In this document: one piece after another, positions 49,478 to 59,494 of the stretch
How positions within the stretch are numbered: position 1 is the first letter of the stretch
How the letters are laid out: each line of letters opens with the position of its first letter
Assembly: GCA_963676565.1 (NCBI GenBank)
Contig: OY781089.1
Coordinates: forward strand, 3,072,001 to 3,136,000
Length of the DNA stretch: 64,000 nucleotides
Reading direction: 5' to 3'
From: Halarcobacter sp.
Lineage (GTDB): Bacteria > Campylobacterota > Campylobacteria > Campylobacterales > Arcobacteraceae
Program-made: the position numbers and the translations under genes
Notes under the pieces: generated by a model
The model's input: the letters and a program-made list of their open reading frames with translations, nothing else
Databases searched by the model: none
What the model was told of the DNA's origin: nothing

Positions 49478-50248
49478 ATGTTTAAAAAGAGGAACTCCCT
49501 ATATTTTTTTATTATCTTTTTAATCACAACAATATTTATAATACAATATTTACAAATAAAAGAAGATCAAGAAAAGAAAATAATACAATCACTTAATAAG
49601 CAATCTTTAAATCTAGACGCATGGTTGTTAAAAAAGAAAAATTTTCTTGAAAAATTGTCGAAAGATTTAGGAAATATGGATTATGACAAAGAAACTTATT
49701 TAGATTTAATGAAAGACACAAATAAAAAAATGGGTACAAATAGTATTTTTAGTGGTTTTAAAAATGGAGAATACATTGATACCCAAGGATACTGGATAGA
49801 TAATTTTGACCCAAGAAAAAGACCTTGGTATATAGAAACTTTACAAAACAAAGAAACTACTTTTTCTGGACCAATGTATTATAATGATATTAGTGGTCAA
49901 CAAATTGTTTGGTGGGCAATTTCATCAGTTCTCTCAAAAGACAATGAACCTTTTGGAGTAGTTAGTAGTGAAATACTCCCAGATATGATTATTGAGCATT
50001 TAAAAAATATTCAACTAGATGATTTAGAACATATTTTTTTATTCCATAAAGAAACAGGAATTATTATATCAGCAATTAATAGAGATATAGAATTAAAATA
50101 TGTTCAAGACATATTTTCTGTAAGAATTTTTGAAAAATTTCAAAATACAAATGAAACAAAAATAGAATTTAAATATAAAAATCAATCTAAAACTGCCTAT
50201 AAGGCTCATTTAACTGAAGCGCCTTGGATACTTTGTATTATCAAATAA
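49478..50248 (+). CDS. Stand-alone membrane-anchored dCache_1 domain protein
   Basis: One N-terminal TM; FDPRKRPWY...P.Y.D; ends at W.L.II with no second TM or output domain. Confidence 0.8.
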   Translation: MFKKRNSLYFFIIFLITTIFIIQYLQIKEDQEKKIIQSLNKQSLNLDAWLLKKKNFLEKLSKDLGNMDYDKETYLDLMKDTNKKMGTNSIFSGFKNGEYIDTQGYWIDNFDPRKRPWYIETLQNKETTFSGPMYYNDISGQQIVWWAISSVLSKDNEPFGVVSSEILPDMIIEHLKNIQLDDLEHIFLFHKETGIIISAINRDIELKYVQDIFSVRIFEKFQNTNETKIEFKYKNQSKTAYKAHLTEAPWILCIIK

Positions 50249-50273
50249 ATTACTAATTTTTTTATTTAAGGAT

Positions 50274-50299
50274 GAACCACTTTTAAATAAAAGTGGTTC
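50274..50299. terminator. Bidirectional terminator between convergent genes
   Basis: GAACCACTTTTA / TAAAAGTGGTTC. Confidence 0.75.
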
Positions 50300-50305
50300 T
50301 AAAAC

Positions 50306-50878
50306 TTATTTATGTAAAGATTGAGCAACTATAGAAAGGAACTCATCTTTTGTTTTTTTCTCTTTTTTAAATAATCCTCTAAGTGCTGAAGTTACAGTTG
50401 TTGAACAAATTTTTTCAACCCCACGCATTTCCATACACATATGTCTTGCATCTATCATAACTGCTACACCTTTTGGTTTTAAAGCATCATTTAATGCATC
50501 ACAGATTTGTTCAGTCATCTGTTCTTGAATTTGTAATCTTCTTGCAAAAACATCAACAACCCTTGGTATTTTACTAAGTCCAACAACTTTTCCATTTGGT
50601 ATATAAGCTATGTGTGCTTTTCCTATTATTGGTAACATGTGATGCTCACACATTGAGTAAAACTCAATATCTTTTATAACAACCATTTCATCATTTGAAC
50701 TTGTAAATAAAGCTGAATTTATAATTTCAATTGGATCTTGTTTATATCCACCACACATAAACTCATATGCTTTTCTAACACGACTTGGCGTTTTTTCAAG
50801 ACCTTCTCTATTTACATCTTCTCCAATATACTCTAAAATATTTTTAACTGAATCTTCAAATTCTAACTCTTTACTCAT
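50306..50878 (-). CDS. folE: GTP cyclohydrolase I
   Basis: REGL..TP.R, SMCEHH.LP, GLSK..R, R.Q.QE, H.CM..RG. Confidence 0.98.
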   Translation of the reverse strand: MSKELEFEDSVKNILEYIGEDVNREGLEKTPSRVRKAYEFMCGGYKQDPIEIINSALFTSSNDEMVVIKDIEFYSMCEHHMLPIIGKAHIAYIPNGKVVGLSKIPRVVDVFARRLQIQEQMTEQICDALNDALKPKGVAVMIDARHMCMEMRGVEKICSTTVTSALRGLFKKEKKTKDEFLSIVAQSLHK

Positions 50879-50889
50879 TTATATTCCTC

Positions 50890-52068
50890 TTAAGACTTTA
50901 ACATATCACTCATACTCCACAATGGGACAAAAATAGCTAAGATAATCCAAACAATAAGTGCCATTATGATTATGAAAAATAGAGGTTCTATTAAAGTAGA
51001 AAAAAACTTCAATTTATCTTCAAATCGTCTTTTGTAAATAATCTTAATCTCACTAACAACAATATCAAGAGAACTGCTAGCCTCTGCACTGTTTATTAGA
51101 TTTAAAATAATATCATCAAATAGATTTGAAGACTCAAATGCAAGTTTTACACTTTTTCCACTTTTTAGCAGATTTTCTATTTTGGTAATCTTATCAAAAA
51201 GATGTTGATTATTGATTAAAGTCTTTGCTTTTATAAAAGCATCAAGAAACTCATACTTACTTTTTAACAAAATATCTAAGACAACAAAAAATGTATACAA
51301 ATTTTTGTATTTATATAAAGAACTTATTATATAAAGATTTTCAACTATCATCTTATCTATAAAGACTCTTACTTTTTTTTCTTTTTTATAAAAAAGAAAA
51401 ATTGATATAATAAAAGCAATTAAAGTAAAAACAATCAAAAATAAATAGTTTTCAAAGATATCTTTGACAAATAATAAAGACCTTGTAGCCAAAGGTAATT
51501 GACCTTTTGCATTATTAAATATAGATTCAAAATTTGGAACGACAAATTTAAAAATACCGATTAAGGCAGAAAAAAAAGTTATCAATAAAATAAAAGGATA
51601 GGTCATAGCTTTTTTAAAATCTTTTTTTATTTGTATATTTTCACTTATAATATCACTTAAAAAAGAGAGGTTTTCTTTTGTATTACCACTATCTTGGATT
51701 ATTTTAAACATCGATTTTATTAGTGGATTTATTTTAAACCTATCTATACTTGTATAAATATCTGAAGAGTTTGAAAAAGAGTTTTTTAAACTTTTCAAAA
51801 AATCATTAATATGTTGTTTCTTTTCATTTTTTATTAAAATATCAAAGGCATCATCAAGCAAAATCTTTGAATTCAACATCATACTTAATTCATAAAGTGA
51901 ATTTCTAATTTGATTATCCGTAATCTTTTCTTGAAATTTAAACTCAAAAATAGACTTTTTTATCTCAATTATATTTGAGGGTAACTCCTCAAGCTCTAAA
52001 TTATTAGTTTCTATAGTTTTTGATTTTAAATTACCATTTTCTTGATAAACAATTTTATACTTTTTCAA
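50890..52068 (-). CDS. Type II secretion / type IV pilus platform protein (GspF/PilC family)
   Basis: K.A.TYP, VVPNF..IF....QLP..T, LIEP, I..P.W. Confidence 0.88.
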   Translation of the reverse strand: MKKYKIVYQENGNLKSKTIETNNLELEELPSNIIEIKKSIFEFKFQEKITDNQIRNSLYELSMMLNSKILLDDAFDILIKNEKKQHINDFLKSLKNSFSNSSDIYTSIDRFKINPLIKSMFKIIQDSGNTKENLSFLSDIISENIQIKKDFKKAMTYPFILLITFFSALIGIFKFVVPNFESIFNNAKGQLPLATRSLLFVKDIFENYLFLIVFTLIAFIISIFLFYKKEKKVRVFIDKMIVENLYIISSLYKYKNLYTFFVVLDILLKSKYEFLDAFIKAKTLINNQHLFDKITKIENLLKSGKSVKLAFESSNLFDDIILNLINSAEASSSLDIVVSEIKIIYKRRFEDKLKFFSTLIEPLFFIIIMALIVWIILAIFVPLWSMSDMLKS

Positions 52069-53398
52069 CTACTTTATATACCTCAGATATTGTAGTTATA
52101 CCCTCTTTAACTTTTTGTTTTCCATCATCTAACAATGTTTTAAATGAAACTTTAGATAAATATTCATTTATATTCTCATTTTTAATAATATAAAGTGAAA
52201 GGTTTTCATCATTTTTTAAAACTTCACCTAAAGAGCTTCTTCCTAAAAACCCAGTGAAATTACATCTTTGGCAACCTTTTTTTAAACAATTTTGACAAAT
52301 TTTTAAAACCAGTCTTTGGGAGATTATATATTTAAGGGTATTTGCTAAAAGGTATCTATCAGCTTTTAAATCAATTAACCTATTAATTGTTTCTAAAGAG
52401 TTATTTGCATGAATTGAAGCTAATACTAAATGCCCTGTTAAAGATGCTTGTAGAGCAATATTTAATGAAGTTTCATCTCTAATCTCACCTATTAAAATAA
52501 TATCAGGATCTTGCCTTAAGATATTTTTTAATACTTTTTCATATCCTAATTCAATCTCATCATTAACCTCAATTTGTTGTATCGATTCTAATTTATACTC
52601 AACAGGATCTTCTATAGTAATAACTTTCTTTTTTGAAGAAGAAAGTTTTTTTAATAATGAATATAAAGTAGTACTTTTACCACTTCCTGTAGGACCTGTT
52701 ATTAAAACTAATCCTTGTCTTAGATTCTCAATTTCATTAAATGAATCTATAATATCACTGGAAAACCCTAATTTTTCTATATCTTTTTCAACTGTATTAT
52801 TATCCAAAATTCTAATTACTATTGACTCTCCAGTAATAATTGGCATAGTTGAAACTCTGAAATCATATTTTTTATCTTTAATTTCAAAGGAGAACCTACC
52901 ATCCATAGGAGTTCTAAAATTAGTAATATCTAATTTTGAAACCATCTTTATATATGAGCTTAAAACCTTTGAAAATGATTTACAGAAAGTGTAAAAAACT
53001 TTTAATGTTCCATCAATTCTAAATCTAATTTCAATAGAGTTTTCCTTGCTCTCAATATGTATATCACTAGTTCTATTTGAAATAGCTTTTTCTAAAAGTA
53101 TTTGAAAAAAAGAATTTATATGATTTAAATCATTTTCAAAACTTTGCATTGATTTTTTCGCTAAATCATATAATTTTATTCTAGTATCTAAATCATTTAG
53201 AAAAAAGAGAATCTCTTGTTTACTTATTAATTTTTTTCTAAATACATGGGAAACTGTTAATAAATTAATATCTGATTCTTTGCAATAATAACAATAAAAA
53301 TAGATACCATCTTTTTTTATTGGGATAATTAAACTATCTATTAATAGTTTTTTGTCAAATGATTTTAGGTATTCGTAGTCAATATTTTCAAAACTCAT
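52055..53398 (-). CDS. GspE/PilB-family secretion ATPase
   Basis: SDIHIE, RFRIDG, GPTGSGKS, TIEDPVE, LRQDPDII..GEIRD, TGHLV, CxxC..CxxC. Confidence 0.95.
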   Translation of the reverse strand: MSFENIDYEYLKSFDKKLLIDSLIIPIKKDGIYFYCYYCKESDINLLTVSHVFRKKLISKQEILFFLNDLDTRIKLYDLAKKSMQSFENDLNHINSFFQILLEKAISNRTSDIHIESKENSIEIRFRIDGTLKVFYTFCKSFSKVLSSYIKMVSKLDITNFRTPMDGRFSFEIKDKKYDFRVSTMPIITGESIVIRILDNNTVEKDIEKLGFSSDIIDSFNEIENLRQGLVLITGPTGSGKSTTLYSLLKKLSSSKKKVITIEDPVEYKLESIQQIEVNDEIELGYEKVLKNILRQDPDIILIGEIRDETSLNIALQASLTGHLVLASIHANNSLETINRLIDLKADRYLLANTLKYIISQRLVLKICQNCLKKGCQRCNFTGFLGRSSLGEVLKNDENLSLYIIKNENINEYLSKVSFKTLLDDGKQKVKEGITTISEVYKVVEKV

Positions 53399-53399
53399 A

Positions 53400-54038
53400 T
53401 TAATTTTTCTCTTGTAAATTTAAACTTATTTTTTTGAACTTATTTTCCATAAGTACACTTGTTTTATTGATTTTTTTAATCTCAAATCTTTCTATCTTGT
53501 CATTTAAACTAAACCACTTATTGTTTATAAAAACTTTTTGACCAATAATTGCTTTTAACTCATAAATTTGCTTTTTCTTTTCTTTAATCTTCTCAAGCTC
53601 TTTATTTAAATCTAATTTTTCTTTTTTATAAAATTTTTTAAAATCAATTGATACTTTTAAATTTTCATCACTCATTTGAAAACTTTTTATTTTAGAAAAG
53701 GAATTGTATTTTTCTAAATAGATTAATAAACTCAATCTTTTTTTTAAATCACTATTTGCAATGAAATCTAAACTACTATCCCCTTTTGTAATTTTGTTTA
53801 GATATATCTCATTTTTAAAGGCAAAATTTTCAATATCTTTTAATACATCTATCAATTTCATTTTCATTTTTATTTTCTCAATATTTACAAGTGAAGGGGT
53901 TTTATTAATTGGTTTTTTAATCTCCAAAAAATATAAATAGATTAAACAAAATATTGTAAGTGGAAACAAAAAGATTATAACCTTTGTTCTAAAAGATAAA
54001 AGGTAAAAACTATTTTCTATGGATTTTAAAAACTGCAT
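53400..54038 (-). CDS. Hypothetical single-TM protein of the T2SS/competence operon
   Basis: Operonic overlap; TM; C-terminal LKAIIG.KVFIN.KW, resembling PilP/GspC-type beta-domains. Confidence 0.65.
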   Translation of the reverse strand: MQFLKSIENSFYLLSFRTKVIIFLFPLTIFCLIYLYFLEIKKPINKTPSLVNIEKIKMKMKLIDVLKDIENFAFKNEIYLNKITKGDSSLDFIANSDLKKRLSLLIYLEKYNSFSKIKSFQMSDENLKVSIDFKKFYKKEKLDLNKELEKIKEKKKQIYELKAIIGQKVFINNKWFSLNDKIERFEIKKINKTSVLMENKFKKISLNLQEKN

Positions 54039-54798
54039 TGGCTAAATAAACCTTTCTTTGAGAATCGTAAGTTATATCTTCCACTTTGAATTTTTCTAAT
54101 TTTTTAAAAAGAGCATAAAGATCTTGTTTTTTTGATGATTCAAGTTCTAAAAAAAGTTTTGAATTAATAAGACTTACTTTTAAAACCTTTACTAAATGTT
54201 CTTTACTTAAAAGAAAAATATCAATAAGTTCTTTACTTACAAAATAAAACTGTGAGTTAAACTCAATTTGTTTAGTATTTGTTCTTATCTTTTCTAGGAT
54301 ATTTTGATTATCAATTTTTGAAAAATCTAATATATAAAACCCAAAACAAAGAGTAAAAAAATATAAAAGAAAAAATTTAAGAAGATGTGACTTTTTAATT
54401 TTTAGAAATTGGTGTGTATTTTTCTTAGTAAATTTTAATTGAGAGTTTATTTGAAGGTTTTCAATTTTTAGTATCTTTTCTAAAAACTCTTTAACCTCCT
54501 CTTTTGTATTTGTTTTATCAATTTTCTGACAAAAATATAATTGTTTATTTTTAAAAACCAAAGCTAAATTCTCATAAAAAAATAGATTTGGATTTTTATT
54601 AGAATCTAAAAAAAAGTACTTTGGTATTTGTGTTTTGAAATGAATTACTTGGTATATATTCAGAGATTTTATGTATGAGTTATATAAAAAACTACTCTTA
54701 TCATAATTTAAAGAGGAGTTTTCTATGTAGTTTTTAATATATTTGTCTAAAAAATTTGAGTTTATCTCTTCATTAGATTTTATTTCTATTAAGTCTAT
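54010..54798 (-). CDS. Lead gene of the T2SS/competence operon; start uncertain (non-canonical ATA at 54798, or TTG at 54561)
   Basis: The frame is open for 82 codons upstream of TTG 54561, up to TAA at 54808-54810; AAGGT RBS lies 6 nt before ATA 54798. Confidence 0.55.
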   Translation of the reverse strand: MDLIEIKSNEEINSNFLDKYIKNYIENSSLNYDKSSFLYNSYIKSLNIYQVIHFKTQIPKYFFLDSNKNPNLFFYENLALVFKNKQLYFCQKIDKTNTKEEVKEFLEKILKIENLQINSQLKFTKKNTHQFLKIKKSHLLKFFLLYFFTLCFGFYILDFSKIDNQNILEKIRTNTKQIEFNSQFYFVSKELIDIFLLSKEHLVKVLKVSLINSKLFLELESSKKQDLYALFKKLEKFKVEDITYDSQRKVYLANAVFKIHRK

Positions 54799-54882
54799 TT
54801 TAATACCTTATTTATTTTTAATAAGGTATTTTATTATTTATTACTTTGTATTTTAATTAAATAAATATATTTTTTTATTATT

Positions 54883-55767
54883 TTAAAAAGTTACGTCATA
54901 TCCTAATTCTTTAAGACCTTTTCTATCTTTTGTCCAACCTTTTTTAATAGAGACAAATAGTTCTAAATAACACTTTCTTCCTGTTAATCTTTCTATTTTT
55001 TGTCTTGCATCTTTTCCTATTCTTTTGATTGCACTTCCACCTTTCCCTACAATCATACCTTTTTGAGTTCCTTTTTGAACTATAATTGTTGCATTAACTA
55101 CATCAATATCTTTTTTCTCTTGCACCTTATTGATTTTTACATCTGTTTCATATGGTATTTCATCGGAAATATTCTCAAAAATTGATTCTCTAATAAACTC
55201 TTTAAAGATATCTCTCATATGTTCAGTTGTTAAAATTTCTGGGTCGTATAAGTAAGGATGCTCAGGGAGATATTTTACAACAACATCTAAAATATCATCA
55301 TGGGTAGTTTGTTTTTTTATTGATACAGGAATGATAGCTTCATATTTATCAGTATGTTTTTCATACTCTTTTATTTTTTCTAAAACTTCATTGTTTCCAA
55401 CATTATCAATTTTTGTTAAAAGTAAAATATGTTTTGTGTTTTTTTTATTTTTCTCTAAAAAGTTCTCATAGTGAGTCAATTTATCAGTAACAGGAGCTAA
55501 AAATAAAATCAAATCACAATCACCAATTGCTTTTAAAGCCTCATCAAGCATAAATTGATTTAATAACTTTTCTGTTTCGTGTAAACCAGGAGTATCTACA
55601 AATATAATCTGATCCTCTTTATGCATCACAATTATATTAGATCTTTTTCTAGTAGCATTTGCTTTATGCGAAACTAAGGCAATTTTTTCACCAACTAACC
55701 AATTTAATAGTGAACTTTTACCTGCATTAGGTCGACCTACAACTGAAACATAACCACATTTACTCAT
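54883..55767 (-). CDS. era: GTPase Era
   Basis: GRPNAGKS, DTPG, TKID, EIPY, KH domain VGKGG..IK.IG. Confidence 0.97.
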   Translation of the reverse strand: MSKCGYVSVVGRPNAGKSSLLNWLVGEKIALVSHKANATRKRSNIIVMHKEDQIIFVDTPGLHETEKLLNQFMLDEALKAIGDCDLILFLAPVTDKLTHYENFLEKNKKNTKHILLLTKIDNVGNNEVLEKIKEYEKHTDKYEAIIPVSIKKQTTHDDILDVVVKYLPEHPYLYDPEILTTEHMRDIFKEFIRESIFENISDEIPYETDVKINKVQEKKDIDVVNATIIVQKGTQKGMIVGKGGSAIKRIGKDARQKIERLTGRKCYLELFVSIKKGWTKDRKGLKELGYDVTF

Positions 55768-55817
55768 ACAATTCCTTCAAACATTTTAATAAGGTGATTA
55801 TATCTAAAATTTTCTAC

Positions 55818-57314
55818 TTATCTTCTTCGGTAAGAAAGAGATTCAAGTAAATGTTTTTTTTGTATATTTGTAGACTCTTCTAAATCTGCTATTGTACGGC
55901 TAACTTTTAATATTTTGTTTATACTTCTAAAGGATAGATTTAAATTGATTCTTGCTTTTTCTAAAAGCTCTTTTGTTTCAGAATCCAAAATACAATATCT
56001 TGCAATTTCATCATCACTTAACTTACCATTTAGATTTTTTTGACCTCTTAACATTTGCATTTTAAAAGCACTTATTACTTGCTTTCTTATTTCATGGGAA
56101 CTTATTGTTGATTTTGAATCCACACTTGTATCACTCATAATTACATATAAATCAATCCTATCTAAAAAAGGTTCACTTAAACGATTTTTATACCTTTTAA
56201 TTTCAAGTTCATTGCATCTACAATTATTTGAAACTGAGAGTAAATTTCCACATGGACATGGGTTCATTGCTGCGACAAACAAAAACTTTGTCTCATACAA
56301 GACTTTTGAATTTGCACGACTAACTAATAAAGAGTAATCCTCCAAGGGTTCTCTTAATGCTTCTATTATTGAGGAACTAAAATGTGGAAGTTCATCAAAA
56401 AATAAAATTCCTGAATTTGCTAAACTTATCTCCCCTATATTTGTTCCCCCTACAATAGAAGCTTTTGTTGAAGTATTGTGAGGACTTCTTATTGTTCTAA
56501 TTGGTTTGAAATCAGGTTCTTTTAATTGCAAGGCTTGTAATTTTGCAATCTCTAAAATCTCATCAATACTCATAGGTGTCATTATAAAAGGTAATCTTTT
56601 TACAAGCATAGATTTTCCAACTCCAGGACTTCCTTCTAAAATTATATTGTGATTTCCAGCTGCTGCAATAAGTGCAGCTTTTTTTGCAATTTCTTGACCC
56701 CTTATATCTTTAAAATCCAACTTATATTCATTTGTAAAATAAAACTCTTTACCGTTTATATTGATTTTTTCATATTCAAACTTTTCTTTTTTATATAAAT
56801 ATTTTTCTTTTTCTTTCAATTTAAAAAAATCAATTGCCTCCAATAAATTTTTAACACAATAAATATTTATATTTGGGATTTTAGATATTTTTCTTGCACT
56901 TTTTTCACAAACTAATACGTTTTTTATTTTTCCTTGTTTTACCAAAGATAAAATTATTGGGAAAATAGAATAACTATCTTTAATATCACCATTTAAAGAT
57001 AATTCTCCAAAGATATGATACTCTTTAAAATCAACTTTTTCTTCATATAATGAGACTAATAATGCAATTGGTAAATCAAAATGACTACCCGTTTTTTTAA
57101 TCTCGCTAGGTGCTAAATTTATGGTGATTTTTTTAGGAGGAAATTTAAATTCATTGGTTAATAATGATGATTTTACTCTATCTTTTGATTCTTGTATACT
57201 ATTTGTTGCTAATCCAACAATTGTAAAACTTGGTAATCCTTTAGTAAATGTTGCTTCAACATTTACTTCTTTTGCTTCTATTTCATTTAATGTTGCTGAT
57301 TTTATAATTTTCAT
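55818..57314 (-). CDS. comM: YifB/ComM family AAA+ ATPase
   Basis: GLP.FTIVGL, INLAP, G.HFDLPIA, G.PG.GKS, DELP, AMNPCPCG, DRID. Confidence 0.9.
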   Translation of the reverse strand: MKIIKSATLNEIEAKEVNVEATFTKGLPSFTIVGLATNSIQESKDRVKSSLLTNEFKFPPKKITINLAPSEIKKTGSHFDLPIALLVSLYEEKVDFKEYHIFGELSLNGDIKDSYSIFPIILSLVKQGKIKNVLVCEKSARKISKIPNINIYCVKNLLEAIDFFKLKEKEKYLYKKEKFEYEKININGKEFYFTNEYKLDFKDIRGQEIAKKAALIAAAGNHNIILEGSPGVGKSMLVKRLPFIMTPMSIDEILEIAKLQALQLKEPDFKPIRTIRSPHNTSTKASIVGGTNIGEISLANSGILFFDELPHFSSSIIEALREPLEDYSLLVSRANSKVLYETKFLFVAAMNPCPCGNLLSVSNNCRCNELEIKRYKNRLSEPFLDRIDLYVIMSDTSVDSKSTISSHEIRKQVISAFKMQMLRGQKNLNGKLSDDEIARYCILDSETKELLEKARINLNLSFRSINKILKVSRTIADLEESTNIQKKHLLESLSYRRR

Positions 57315-57496
57315 TTAACTTCTTTAAATAATTCATTTAATTATAACAATTTATATATTTATTTTGAATAATAAATAATTGTATTTTTTATTTTAAATTA
57401 TAAAATCTAAAATATTATATTAAATATATATTTTTATTCTTATTCACTCAATAAATTTGTTATAATAATTAAAGATTCAAAAAAGAAGATAATATT

Positions 57497-58891
57497 ATGT
57501 CAAAAAATAATGCTCTACTTAAAACGAAACTTGTTTATTTCATTGTTTTTTTATCCCTAACATTCTGGGCTCTATTTGCTTTTTTTACAATGCATCAATT
57601 AATTAGTTCCCAAGAAATTTATGCAAAGATAATCAATATAAGTGGTAAACAAAGAATGTTATCACAAAAAACTACATTGATGGCAAAAAGAACATTTGAA
57701 ACAAATAATCAAAATTTTTTAGACCATACTTTAGAATTAATTAAAGAGATGAAAGAAGACCATAATTTTTTAATTAATAATTTGGCTTCAAAGGATATGA
57801 AAAATATTTATTTTGATGAACCCCATTCTCTTGATAAAAGAGTTAAAGAGTATTTTTCAATCTTTGACAAGTTCTTAAAAGAAAAAACAAAATCTAATCT
57901 TCAAAAAATAGAAGAATATTCTTATAACTTATTACCAAAATTAAATATTGCAGTTTATAAATTTGAAGAGGAGAGTAATCAAAAAATACTTGAACTTAAA
58001 AAAAGAGAATTTATAATACTTTTTGGGACTTTATTAACTCTATTTCTAGAAGCATTTTTTATAGTTATTCCCTCAATAAGAATAAATGAACAAAAAGAAA
58101 AAGAATTACAAGAGATAAATAGCAACTTAGAAAATAGAGTAAAAGAGGACATAAAAAATTTAAGAGAAAAAGACAAAATTATAAATGAACAATCAAAAAT
58201 GATTTTAATGAGAGAAATATTAAATAATATCTCTCATCAATGGAGACAACCATTGTCAATTATAACTACTGCTGTTAGTGGAATAAAACTAAAAAAAGAA
58301 TATAAACAATTAAATGATAAAGATTTAGATGAATATTTAAATGTAGTATTAGAAAATAGTGATTATTTATCAAAAACAATTGATAATTTTAGAAATTTCT
58401 TTGAAGATAAAGATGAGATGACTACATATAAGTTTTCATCTTTGATTGAAAATATTGAAGATCTTCTAAAAGAAGAGTTTGATAAGTATAAAATTGACTT
58501 TATTTTAGATATTGAAGAGTTACATTATTATGGAAATGAAACAAGACTCTTAAATTCAATACTTCATATTTTACATAACGCCATTGACGTTTTAAAAATC
58601 AAACAAGATCAAAGACTTATATTTATAAGTATATATAAAAATGAAAAAATTCATATAAAAATAAAAGATAATGGTGGAGGAGTAAAAGAAGATATTATAA
58701 ATAAAATATTTGAACCATATTTCACCACTAAACATAAATCTTTAGGTAAAGGAATGGATTTATATATTGTTAAAGAATCAATAGAAAAAATCTTAAAAGG
58801 TTCTATAAAAGTCACAAATGAACAGTATACTTACAAAGGAAATAATCAAAAAGGTGCATTATTTGAAATAATTTTACCTTCAAATCAATAA
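57497..58891 (+). CDS. Sensor histidine kinase with a NarX/PilJ-like periplasmic domain
   Basis: P-box-like INISGKQRML after TM1; SHQWRQPL; DNGGG; FTTK. Confidence 0.85.
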   Translation: MSKNNALLKTKLVYFIVFLSLTFWALFAFFTMHQLISSQEIYAKIINISGKQRMLSQKTTLMAKRTFETNNQNFLDHTLELIKEMKEDHNFLINNLASKDMKNIYFDEPHSLDKRVKEYFSIFDKFLKEKTKSNLQKIEEYSYNLLPKLNIAVYKFEEESNQKILELKKREFIILFGTLLTLFLEAFFIVIPSIRINEQKEKELQEINSNLENRVKEDIKNLREKDKIINEQSKMILMREILNNISHQWRQPLSIITTAVSGIKLKKEYKQLNDKDLDEYLNVVLENSDYLSKTIDNFRNFFEDKDEMTTYKFSSLIENIEDLLKEEFDKYKIDFILDIEELHYYGNETRLLNSILHILHNAIDVLKIKQDQRLIFISIYKNEKIHIKIKDNGGGVKEDIINKIFEPYFTTKHKSLGKGMDLYIVKESIEKILKGSIKVTNEQYTYKGNNQKGALFEIILPSNQ

Positions 58892-58950
58892 AAAAGTTAC
58901 AATATATTTACTTAAATTAAATATAATATACATGTATTAAAGGAGTTGAT

Positions 58951-59433
58951 ATGCAAACAGAAATTAGTACTCAAGATGAAAGGTCAAAAAACTATCTAAA
59001 AGATTGTTTTATGCAAAAGTGTAGAAATGAATATGATGATTATCTAAAGGATGAAGAATCATCGTTGGACAAATATGCAAAACTTTCAATACAATATCTT
59101 CAATATATATCATTGGGAGTATTTTCTACTGCTGTACTATTACAATCACCCTTAAACTTTAACTTTATAGCAGCATTTTTAGCATTGTCTGTTATAGTTT
59201 TTTTCACATCAGTTATATTAATTTTAAGATACTCTATGAAAAATAGTAATGATATGAAACTAAAAAATGATATCTATGATGCATGGACTAAAACTGTTCT
59301 TTTTGCCATTTTATTAAATCTATTATTGTTTTTTGTAGAAAATGGTTTAAATCAAATTCTAGTGGTTTTATTTTTTGCAACAATTGCAATAGTATTTATT
59401 CAAAAAAGTAAAAAAAATATTCAAGAACAGTAA
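58951..59433 (+). CDS. Hypothetical membrane protein (about 4 TM)
   Basis: AAGGAG RBS, TATAAT upstream, hydrophobic segments. Confidence 0.7.
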   Translation: MQTEISTQDERSKNYLKDCFMQKCRNEYDDYLKDEESSLDKYAKLSIQYLQYISLGVFSTAVLLQSPLNFNFIAAFLALSVIVFFTSVILILRYSMKNSNDMKLKNDIYDAWTKTVLFAILLNLLLFFVENGLNQILVVLFFATIAIVFIQKSKKNIQEQ

Positions 59434-59494
59434 GTATATTAATACCCTTTTTAGTTGTAGATTTATAATTAAAAAGGGGGAAAGCTAAAAAGTT

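Noticed and set aside
21703..50305. Prophage, ICE or transposon explanation for the accessory region
   Set aside because: No integrase, transposase, phage genes, tRNA target or flanking direct repeats were recognised by eye.
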